A DNA stretch of 64,000 nt, taken from NCBI GenBank assembly GCA_012837965.1, contig DUQF01000013.1, positions 17,360 through 81,359 of the forward strand, given 5' to 3'. Positions 16,430-24,493 of this stretch are shown here, in pieces; within the stretch, counting starts at the first letter, position 1, and each line of letters starts with the position of its first letter. The DNA is from Clostridiales bacterium. Lineage in GTDB: Bacteria; Bacillota; Clostridia; Christensenellales; Aristaeellaceae. Made by a program: the position numbers and the translations under genes. Below the pieces are notes generated by a model. It was not told the origin of the DNA. It was given only the letters and a program-made list of their open reading frames with translations, and made no database searches.

Positions 16430-17917
16430 TCAAGGACTTTCACGCTGTGTTGACAGAACTTCTACTGTTTCATCTTGTGATTCTTCCAACAGAAATGATG
16501 AAGAAAATGCCGTCATGACTTGATTGCCTTCATATACGGTTACCTGTGCCCAGTATAGGCCTTTTCCAAGGATATAACCATTTTTATCTTTACCATCCCA
16601 GTAAACTGTAGTGCCAAACTTTGTTTGTGGGCGACTTATAGCATGCAATACGGGTTGAGCAACAATACTTCCCTGCGCATCATAAATGGCAAGAGAATAT
16701 CGACATGGTCTTTCATGAGTAAAAGAAATGCTAAGTTCTTCACCTTTTATAGGATTAAAAATTGATGCCGTAGAAAGCTGTATAGGTTCGTGACAACTCA
16801 TCTCGACGGACAATAGAGTGGAAGCTAAAGGGGCCATCCCATTGTCCACTCTTTCAGCAATAATGAGTACCGCATAGCCACTTTCAATATCCGGAATGTT
16901 TTCTAACGCCAAAGAACGCTCCTGATAACCAGGGCTGGATTTTATATTCTCGTGAATAACTTGCGCACCATCAAATAACCACTGCCCTTCCTTGCGATAA
17001 ACCAATAAATATGAAAGATTGGCAGGTTGATGAAGAATAAAAGAAAAATAGAGCGAGTCGGATTCTTTTGTTAAAATTCGAGAATCAAAAGATAAGCCGG
17101 TAAGTGAACTCTGGATATACGGTACATTTTGAGCTTGAACGACTACAAAGTCGCTATTTTCCGGAAAACTTTGAACACTGGAGGGGCCAAGGTTATCCAT
17201 TAAAAAACGCTTACACTCTTCCAAGGTGATAACACCGTTACGGTTTTCGTCCGCCTGAAAATGAAAGGAGGCAGAGAGCGCCGATTCAAGAGCCAAAGTG
17301 AAGTAGCTACCCCCTAAAAGATTGTTGCTTCCACCAGACCAATTATAGCTAAGTTCATCCGCTCCACTTGATGTAAGGATTATAATATCGTTTGGTATAG
17401 AAACAGGCCGGAGCTTATTCTGCCAGCCGCCCTTCGGAATAATGGATCCGGAATAACAACTATCAAGAAAAAGTATTTTTTGACCAGGTATGGTGGATAG
17501 GTATTTTAACAAATCTTTCCCCCATACCCTATGTTGTATTTTACCGTCAGAAAACAAAAGTGAAAACCAACTATCAGCCCCCATTTTTTCACCATGTGTA
17601 CTGATGTATATAAAAGAAGTGTCGTTTTCTGTTGCACCTTCAAAAGCTGAGTGCAAACTGTTTTGTAATCCAATCTTATCAAGAGGTTGGTTGATAATGG
17701 TGGTCACCTTGTCGTAGCCACGAAGATCATCGGACAGAATGCGCCGCATAGCCTGTGTTGTTCCAAGCGCAGAAGGTGCCATGCTGTCTTGAGTCACAAA
17801 CTCGTCGCAGGCAATTAATAATGCACGTCTGTGTTCAATACTGGAAATATCAGCAATCGTTTGAAGGCTGATCATACAAAGACATAGCAGCAGTCCGATA
17901 TGCCGTCCAAAACGCAA
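16430..17917 (-). CDS. Secreted caspase-family (peptidase C14) protein with C-terminal FlgD-Ig-like domain
   Basis: It has a signal peptide (MRFGRHIGLLLCLCMISLQTIA), a His/Cys dyad context (FIYISTHGE and ILFLDSCYSGS), an EF-hand/dockerin-like DENRNGVITLEE segment, and a C-terminal YSLAIYDAQG ... TVYWDGKDKNGYILGKGLYWAQV. Confidence 0.65.
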   Translation of the reverse strand: MRFGRHIGLLLCLCMISLQTIADISSIEHRRALLIACDEFVTQDSMAPSALGTTQAMRRILSDDLRGYDKVTTIINQPLDKIGLQNSLHSAFEGATENDTSFIYISTHGEKMGADSWFSLLFSDGKIQHRVWGKDLLKYLSTIPGQKILFLDSCYSGSIIPKGGWQNKLRPVSIPNDIIILTSSGADELSYNWSGGSNNLLGGSYFTLALESALSASFHFQADENRNGVITLEECKRFLMDNLGPSSVQSFPENSDFVVVQAQNVPYIQSSLTGLSFDSRILTKESDSLYFSFILHQPANLSYLLVYRKEGQWLFDGAQVIHENIKSSPGYQERSLALENIPDIESGYAVLIIAERVDNGMAPLASTLLSVEMSCHEPIQLSTASIFNPIKGEELSISFTHERPCRYSLAIYDAQGSIVAQPVLHAISRPQTKFGTTVYWDGKDKNGYILGKGLYWAQVTVYEGNQVMTAFSSSFLLEESQDETVEVLSTQRESP

Positions 17918-17971
17918 ATCAACCTCCTAAATACTTTTGTTACAATTATATGAATAACCCTTCCATTCGTC

Positions 17972-17997
17972 AATAATAAACCCGCCCTGAGGCGGGT
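17972..17997 (-). terminator. Rho-independent terminator after the L,D-transpeptidase gene
   Basis: The minus strand reads acccgcc-tcag-ggcgggt followed by TTTATTATT. Confidence 0.7.
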
Positions 17998-18003
17998 GTG
18001 ATA

Positions 18004-19833
18004 TTAAAATCCATTTTCCTTGTTTAATGCATCGATTTCATGCTTACGAAGCGGCGGGTTACAGGATTTACAAGGTGTAAATTGGCTGTAATTCGCATCG
18101 TCTAATTGACCATAGGTAAACTCGCCTTTTAAAGGTAACCAACGGCTCTTAACACCACGACATCTCGCATCGGCATGATAGTTTTTACCGCCAGTGGGAT
18201 TATAATATAGCTTTAAATCATCACTGGGGTAGGCGTGAAAGCGGCCCGGATTATCGTCCCAAACCAGAACCTTAGTATTGACCTTAATATTATTCCACAC
18301 CCAAGCCATGTTAAATCCATCATCGTTGGTTTTGCGCTGGACACGCACACATCCGTGACTTGCTTTAGAACCCAGTAGCCCTTCTTGGGAACTGTAATCT
18401 TTATAGTTGGTTGCCTCGTTAAGAATATAGGGTACTTCATGAATCAGACAACCGCCATTAATACGCATGGCCATGTCGCAGTAAAGGTTACCTGCCCAGA
18501 AGCCGCCTGTACGAGAAATAAGGAGAAATTCTCCAGAGGGGGTTTCATTCCAAGGTTGTTGCTTGGTCGGCAGGCCTGTAGAAATCAACAAAGTAGTGAA
18601 AAGTTTACCTTCCTTAAAAATTAACATTTCTTGGGTTAATTTATCAATCAACATACCAAAATCCGCACGCGGAACAATGGTGTCTAAGCGATTGGTTTCA
18701 ACATAGCCTCGAATCAACTCATCAGAATTGCCCCAGCCGGGCCGGCTTTTGCAATTGGGTCCATAGCTTGAATTAAAAACCTCCACATAAGACCAACCAT
18801 TATCTAATGTTTCTAAGATATTGACACCCTGTGATTCACAGGTGATTTCTCCAAGAACATTGTCATTTTTCATGCTTGTATCGGGCGTTGCCCGCAGACG
18901 ATACATTTCTTTTTGGTCGCCTTTTCGTGTTGCTGCCTTAACAATGGTTATTGGTTGGATCATAACATTCCAAATAGCTTCTTCGTCCATCTTTCCTACA
19001 GGCAAAGTCCAATAGTTGGAGCCCAACTGTTCTTGAGGCACATGCTCTGCGGTGGGGGGTTTATAAGATATGGTTTGCTGTGTTGCTGGTGTGTCAATAA
19101 CATGAGAGGCGTCAAAACCTGTGTCAACCGTTGACCATGATTCTTCAGTTGACTCAACCTGTTCTTGCATTGGCTCGCTTACAGACTCCTGTAGCAAGCC
19201 ATTTGCGTCTCGCATGGTCAAGACAATATGGTGTGGCTGGCTAAAAAAACCAGTTTCATCGCTTAGCTGTACGGAAATCATATGACTGCCGGGCGCTACC
19301 TGCATATTATGATAAAGTCCGTTCCAAGACAGTGTGTTTTCTCCTTGAACGGCTTGTTTTGAAGCAACTGTTTCGATCATTCCGTTGATATTCGCACGGA
19401 ACATTAAAGTTCCCGGCATGTTCACATGGGCTGTAACTGACCATTCCTCCCCCTGTGTTATTTCTGCCGAGCTAATAATCATGGACTGAATGATGGGCGC
19501 TTCTTTACCAATAGTGATAGGGACGCTTTGTTCTGCTGAACTTTGCCTAAAATACAAAACATAGTCCCCGGGAGACATATAACGGTTGTTGTTGTCCATG
19601 CCATTCCAATAAAAAGTATTTGTGCCGACAATAGTAGGAATGCCGGTGAACAAAATCATCTCAATGCCAGAAGACGAAACCAACGCAATTTCGGTTGGAT
19701 CTTCAGTAAAAGACTGAAAAATAATACTCTCGGTTTTTCCGGGACGAATAAAAAGCGGCTGAACTTCAAGTGCGTAGACACTTGAAAATAACAACATGAA
19801 TGAAAATAAGATTGATAATCGTTTTTTTATCAT
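18004..19833 (-). CDS. Secreted L,D-transpeptidase (YkuD domain) with two N-terminal FlgD-Ig-like modules and a Cys-rich C-terminal motif
   Basis: The YkuD catalytic region reads LIHEVPY ... GSKASHGCVRV. The Ig-like modules read NTFYWNGMDNNNRYMSPGDYVLYF and ENTLSWNGLYHNMQVAPGSHMISVQL. Start 19833 has AAGGGGG 6 nt upstream and gives the signal peptide MIKKRLSILFSFMLLFSSVYA. Confidence 0.8.
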   Translation of the reverse strand: MIKKRLSILFSFMLLFSSVYALEVQPLFIRPGKTESIIFQSFTEDPTEIALVSSSGIEMILFTGIPTIVGTNTFYWNGMDNNNRYMSPGDYVLYFRQSSAEQSVPITIGKEAPIIQSMIISSAEITQGEEWSVTAHVNMPGTLMFRANINGMIETVASKQAVQGENTLSWNGLYHNMQVAPGSHMISVQLSDETGFFSQPHHIVLTMRDANGLLQESVSEPMQEQVESTEESWSTVDTGFDASHVIDTPATQQTISYKPPTAEHVPQEQLGSNYWTLPVGKMDEEAIWNVMIQPITIVKAATRKGDQKEMYRLRATPDTSMKNDNVLGEITCESQGVNILETLDNGWSYVEVFNSSYGPNCKSRPGWGNSDELIRGYVETNRLDTIVPRADFGMLIDKLTQEMLIFKEGKLFTTLLISTGLPTKQQPWNETPSGEFLLISRTGGFWAGNLYCDMAMRINGGCLIHEVPYILNEATNYKDYSSQEGLLGSKASHGCVRVQRKTNDDGFNMAWVWNNIKVNTKVLVWDDNPGRFHAYPSDDLKLYYNPTGGKNYHADARCRGVKSRWLPLKGEFTYGQLDDANYSQFTPCKSCNPPLRKHEIDALNKENGF

Positions 19834-19904
19834 AAAGTCCCCCTTTGCACAGTCCATGTTAGCATATACCCATGTTTCAATCAAGTAAACTTTATTAACA
19901 AGTT

Positions 19905-19934
19905 ATGACAAAACGCCGCACAATCGTGCGGCGT
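19905..19934 (-). terminator. Rho-independent terminator after yebC
   Basis: The minus strand reads acgccgcac-gatt-gtgcggcgt followed by TTTTGTCAT. Confidence 0.7.
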
Positions 19935-19962
19935 GATAAAATAAACGACATTCAAGAAAAAT

Positions 19963-20709
19963 TTACTCTTCATCCTCTTCTTCCGGTAATTGTGCATCAT
20001 GGTACACTTCAACCACATCGTCATTGTCTTCAAACATATCCAAAAGTTTATGAAACCTTTCAAGCATCTCAGGATCATTGATTTCTTTGGTCATCTGCGG
20101 CAGCTGGGCGCGCTCAGCCGATAAAAAGGAGTATCCTTGAGCTTCAAGAGCTTCACGCACGGAAGAAAAATCGTTGGGTTGGGTGAGAATTTCAAATACA
20201 TCGTCATCTGCTTCAAAGTCCTGAGCGCCAGCTTCCAAGGCGTGCATCATCACCTCGTCTTCATCCATATTGTCGCTACGTTCAATAACAATTACACCTT
20301 TATGCTCAAACAAATAACCAACTGATCCGGTCTGCCCCATACTTCCACCATTTCTGTCAAAGATATGTCGTACGTCGCTTGCTGTGCGATTACGATTATC
20401 TGTCACAACATTAACTATTACAGCAATGCCGCCAGGACCGTAACCTTCATAAGTAATCTCCTCATAAATTACATCCTCAAGCTCTCCAGAAGCCTTTTTG
20501 ATACTTCTTTCGATATTATCATTAGGCATATTATTGGAGCGAGCTTTGGCAATCACATCTCGAAGCCTGCTGTTATGTGTAGGATCGCTACCACCTTCTC
20601 GAACGGCCATGGCTATCTCTCTACCAATTTTAGTAAAAATAGCCCCCTTTGCAGCATCTGCTTTCCCTTTTTTATGCTTAATATTTGACCACTTAGAATG
20701 TCCAGCCAT
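19963..20709 (-). CDS. yebC: YebC/PmpR family DNA-binding transcriptional regulator
   Basis: It has the MAGHSKWSNIKHKKGKADAAKG N-terminus and a family-typical length (248 aa) with an acidic C-terminus. Confidence 0.9.
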   Translation of the reverse strand: MAGHSKWSNIKHKKGKADAAKGAIFTKIGREIAMAVREGGSDPTHNSRLRDVIAKARSNNMPNDNIERSIKKASGELEDVIYEEITYEGYGPGGIAVIVNVVTDNRNRTASDVRHIFDRNGGSMGQTGSVGYLFEHKGVIVIERSDNMDEDEVMMHALEAGAQDFEADDDVFEILTQPNDFSSVREALEAQGYSFLSAERAQLPQMTKEINDPEMLERFHKLLDMFEDNDDVVEVYHDAQLPEEEDEE

Positions 20710-20773
20710 TGTAAATTCCTCCTAAATGTTTCTAAATGTTATTTTATCATATACATAAAACAGCGCTAAATAT

Positions 20774-21544
20774 CTAACCTGCGCCTTTATTTAACTGATT
20801 GAGAACAGAGAGGGCTCTATCAGGATAATTGGTAATTAAACGATCAACACCTTTAAGAATTAAGGATTTCATCGCTTGATCTTCATTAACAGTCCAGGTA
20901 TTTACTTGCAGGCAATTAGTATGCGCTTGAGCAACCGTATCTTCAATTAAAAGAAGTTCATGATATTCAGGATGAATGGCATCAACACCCAATGTCTTGG
21001 CGTACTTCCAAGGCTCAACCATAGTGTGAGCATACAGTAATCCACAGTAGGCTTTTGGCTGCAGATTCTTCAAAGCAACCATACTGTGGTGGTTAAATGA
21101 AGAAAAGAGTACTCTTTCTTCCATTCCCAAAAGCGCAACACACTCAAGGCACTTTTCTTCAAGTATTGGGTTGGCTGTCCGGCTGTTTTTTAGTTCAATA
21201 TTGATATGCATGTTCGTGTCTTTTACAAATTCAAGTATCTCTTGGAGAGTTGAAAGCTTGGCATTAGCATATTCAGGATGGGTTCGATTGAATTTGAGTT
21301 TTTTTAATTCAGAATAGCGCATATCAGCTATACGACCAATCCCGTTTGATACCCTGTCAATACGCTCATCGTGGCATACAACCAAAAGGTTGTCTCTGGT
21401 AAGTTGTACATCAATTTCGATACCGTGAGCACCCAAATTATTGGCTAATTCAATAGCTTCAATGGTATTTTCAGGTGCATAGCCTGATGCACCCCTGTGA
21501 GCAAAAACCTGTGTATTCATATTTATCCCCAAAGTATTTTTCAC
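20774..21544 (-). CDS. Glycerophosphodiester phosphodiesterase (GDPD family), cytoplasmic type
   Basis: It has the VFAHRGASGYAPENTIEAI ... HGIEIDVQLTRDNLLVVCHD motifs and no signal peptide. The GTG start at 21544 has AAGGAG 6 nt upstream and overlaps the upstream stop (TAGTG). Confidence 0.85.
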   Translation of the reverse strand: MKNTLGINMNTQVFAHRGASGYAPENTIEAIELANNLGAHGIEIDVQLTRDNLLVVCHDERIDRVSNGIGRIADMRYSELKKLKFNRTHPEYANAKLSTLQEILEFVKDTNMHINIELKNSRTANPILEEKCLECVALLGMEERVLFSSFNHHSMVALKNLQPKAYCGLLYAHTMVEPWKYAKTLGVDAIHPEYHELLLIEDTVAQAHTNCLQVNTWTVNEDQAMKSLILKGVDRLITNYPDRALSVLNQLNKGAG

Positions 21545-22587
21545 TACTGACTCCTTGCTTTTTCTCTTCGAGCAAGGGCACTGTCAAGAACAACACCCAA
21601 AAAGCCTAAAATAATCATTAAGTAATATGTGTAAAAACGCCAAACCAACATGGCGGGAAAAATTAAAGATTCAGGAAAAAAAGAACCTAGGAAAACATAA
21701 AATCCCCCCTCTTGTGCTCCAGAAGCGCCTGGCAGCGGAGTGAAACTGGCCGCTATGTATAACATCACTTGCATAGTGAAAACTTCGATATACTTGGCAT
21801 TATTAAGTCCAAAACCACGATAAATAAAGTAAACAGTGCTGAGTAAAGCAAAAACTTGGAATATCGAAAGCAAAAGTAATACTAAAAACTGAAAAGGATG
21901 ACGAGAAATAAGCTGCACACTGGCTTGGAAATCTTGGATTCCAGCATCCCATTTAGAAATCGACTTTGCCTTATCTTTAATGATACGAAGCACATACAAT
22001 ATATGCACTATAAAAGCGATAATGGAACGAACAATGTTTTGGTTAATAGATAACAATAGGACAATCACAATTACCAAACCATTGACAAAAAATCCAAGGC
22101 CTAAAAACCAAATGCCAACGTGCATTCTTTCAGCAATAAAGGATGGATAACGAAACCAAAGTACGGTGCCGACGAGCAATAAAGCACACTGCCAGCAAAA
22201 GAATTTAACCGTGTAAGCAGACAATGAAGTGCCAGGCGCAATACCCCGACAACGCATGGCATGCACCTGCATTGGTTGACCGCCGGTTGCGGCCGGAGTG
22301 ATGGATGAATAGTACACACCAATTAGTCCGACGAGGTAGTTATCCCTCATCTTAGTTTTGATTTTTTGAAAATAATAATATAGATAGCAAATAAAGGCTT
22401 CCAAAAATAAGTGAACAAAAATACATACAAGGGCACCCGTCATCCATAACTTTCTGGAAGTGGCGACCACTGATTTGACTTCAGAAAGGTCACCTGATTG
22501 AAGGGCAAGGTACAATATCACAAAAAATGGGCCGACAACTATAAGGGCTGTAAAAATTCGTTTGGGTAAAATTTTTCTGCTTTTCAT
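21544..22587 (-). CDS. Flippase-like membrane protein (lysylphosphatidylglycerol synthase TM-region / UPF0104 family)
   Basis: 347 aa, about 8 TM helices, with the family-typical SSITPAATGGQPMQV loop. An ATGA overlap joins it to the upstream gene. Confidence 0.65.
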   Translation of the reverse strand: MKSRKILPKRIFTALIVVGPFFVILYLALQSGDLSEVKSVVATSRKLWMTGALVCIFVHLFLEAFICYLYYYFQKIKTKMRDNYLVGLIGVYYSSITPAATGGQPMQVHAMRCRGIAPGTSLSAYTVKFFCWQCALLLVGTVLWFRYPSFIAERMHVGIWFLGLGFFVNGLVIVIVLLLSINQNIVRSIIAFIVHILYVLRIIKDKAKSISKWDAGIQDFQASVQLISRHPFQFLVLLLLSIFQVFALLSTVYFIYRGFGLNNAKYIEVFTMQVMLYIAASFTPLPGASGAQEGGFYVFLGSFFPESLIFPAMLVWRFYTYYLMIILGFLGVVLDSALARREKARSQ

Positions 22588-23390
22588 GAACGCCTACTTT
22601 CTATGAAAAAATCTTTTCTGGAAAAAGCAAAGCTGGAAACAAAAACAAGTAAAAACCCGAATGTCGCAGCAATAAGGGACATGATCATAGGTAAGTTGTT
22701 GCCAATTACTACCTTGAAAGAATACAGGCTGAATGGTGTAAAATACTTAAGTATCTTGCTGGCGCCGTCTAACCGAGAAAGTCCCTTAATAATTGCCCAC
22801 AGAACAAATAATATATCCAGTAATTTACTAATCTGATCATTGGGAGAAAACACGGCACTAAAAAGATAAAAACCGGTAGGTAAGAAAGAAAAAAGCATAC
22901 TCTGCAATAGGAGAATGTCGATTTGATTAACCGTTTCCCTCCACTGATCAAACACAAGTGGAGCTATACGATATAGTCCGCTGATTAAAACATGTTGACA
23001 CAATACTGAAAATGAAATCGCAACAAATACTGAAAACACAATATTGCTCAACCATTTCTCCGACACAAAAAAGAAACGCGCTTTCTGCCTTTCCATCATC
23101 TGGACATACAGTCTCTTGATACTTAAGCGGATAAAAATCATATTGATTAGAGGGACAACAAAAGCGAACAAAAGCGACGTGAAATAATCCTGCGGATTAA
23201 TTGCCGCATCAATTCCCACAAACCTTGAAAGGGAAGGATTGCTTAGACGCCAAGCTTCAACACCCCGCGGAACACCTTCCACAGGAAGTCGATAGGTAGC
23301 GAAAACTCCCAACACAAAAAGCATACTAATTGCAAGAAAGGGTATCACATAAATTTTGAGCCTTTGCATACGATACTTTATGACACTCAT
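22584..23390 (-). CDS. ABC-2-type permease-like membrane protein
   Basis: 268 aa. An N-terminal TM helix is followed by a loop and five further hydrophobic segments. It is translationally coupled to the NBD-like gene upstream. No specific family was recognised. Confidence 0.45.
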   Translation of the reverse strand: MSVIKYRMQRLKIYVIPFLAISMLFVLGVFATYRLPVEGVPRGVEAWRLSNPSLSRFVGIDAAINPQDYFTSLLFAFVVPLINMIFIRLSIKRLYVQMMERQKARFFFVSEKWLSNIVFSVFVAISFSVLCQHVLISGLYRIAPLVFDQWRETVNQIDILLLQSMLFSFLPTGFYLFSAVFSPNDQISKLLDILFVLWAIIKGLSRLDGASKILKYFTPFSLYSFKVVIGNNLPMIMSLIAATFGFLLVFVSSFAFSRKDFFIESRRS

Positions 23391-24280
23391 TCTTCAATGC
23401 TCTCCTCTGCCCTTACTTCCTCGTATATCCAAGCATCATGATAACCGCCAATAAAATCAAGCACTTTGTAATCTTTAAGTATGTTAAGCAAAACATTCGG
23501 GCTACCGGATAGCTTTAAAGTAACTCGATCATAATTGATGGTTAACTTCTTATCCCATACCTTAGCAAAAGCATCGGCCTCATCAGCTTTTTCAAATACA
23601 ATATGATAGATTTTTTCTCTCGCTAATTGCATTTCGGTGTCCTTAAGTTCAGTGATTGCCTCCCCATCCATACATAAAATCACACGATCACAAATAAGAC
23701 TAAAATAATCAAAGCTGTCCTGCAAAATAAGCACGGTTTTCCCATTTTTTTTAAAAGAAAGTAGCAAATGTATCACATGAGAACGTTCGGCATTATTAAG
23801 GCAGGTAAAAGGCGATAGAAGAACATAGGCCTTGCTTTCTTCACATAACGCAAGAAGGAGGGCTAATTTTTTCCTGTTTTTTTCTCCCAAGGTACGAAAC
23901 AATCCAATAAGGTTTAAATCAAGTTTTTGCACAAGGGAACTAAAAAGCTCTTTATTATGTCGCTGATGCATTTTTTGATAAAGCTTAATAAAATCAGCAA
24001 TCTTTTCATCTGGTGAAAAAGCATCTTCAAATACTTGAAAAGAAACGGTTGACCAAAGCTCTTTTCGTTGACTGCGGCAATTTTTTTCAAAAAAAAGAAC
24101 TTGACCATCATCAGGCTTATAAAGTCCCTGTAAAAGAGAAAGGACACGCTCATGCATAAAGCTATCAGCGGAGAGAATACCCAGGGTTTCTCCTTGTTCC
24201 ACCACGAAAGATAAATTGTTTATGGCGCCAAACCCATCTCCATGCATGGAAACATCCTTAAATTTAAACAATGCCATCAT
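23387..24280 (-). CDS. ABC-transporter ATPase-like protein with all catalytic motifs degenerate (pseudo-NBD)
   Basis: The NBD fold is recognisable (LFKFKDVSMHG ... FVVEQGETLGIL ... LLQGLYKPDDGQVLF). The Walker A position reads SADSFMHER, the signature reads LGEKNRKK, the Walker B reads YVLLSPF and the H-loop reads LQDSFD. Confidence 0.65.
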   Translation of the reverse strand: MMALFKFKDVSMHGDGFGAINNLSFVVEQGETLGILSADSFMHERVLSLLQGLYKPDDGQVLFFEKNCRSQRKELWSTVSFQVFEDAFSPDEKIADFIKLYQKMHQRHNKELFSSLVQKLDLNLIGLFRTLGEKNRKKLALLLALCEESKAYVLLSPFTCLNNAERSHVIHLLLSFKKNGKTVLILQDSFDYFSLICDRVILCMDGEAITELKDTEMQLAREKIYHIVFEKADEADAFAKVWDKKLTINYDRVTLKLSGSPNVLLNILKDYKVLDFIGGYHDAWIYEEVRAEESIEE

Positions 24281-24392
24281 TCCTCCTTCTGTGATTATAC
24301 CAAAATATTAGGTATGGGGACAAGCCACTTGGAATCAAACCTAAAAAAAGTAGTAACGGTGTGGCAAAAGCGGCAAAAGCCCTACCTTTACC

Positions 24393-24421
24393 TTGACGCT
24401 TGAAGATAAAAAATGTATAAT
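24393..24421 (+). promoter_or_regulatory. SigA-type promoter of the PFOR gene
   Basis: TTGACG (24393-24398), a 17-nt spacer ending in TG, then TATAAT (24416-24421). An AGGAGG ribosome-binding site lies before the ATG at 24494. Confidence 0.7.
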
Positions 24422-24493
24422 TATTTTTGTATTGAAGGCTATGAGCTGCAAGATATATTTTGCAGCCACACGCTATGTTTATAGGAGGTTACA

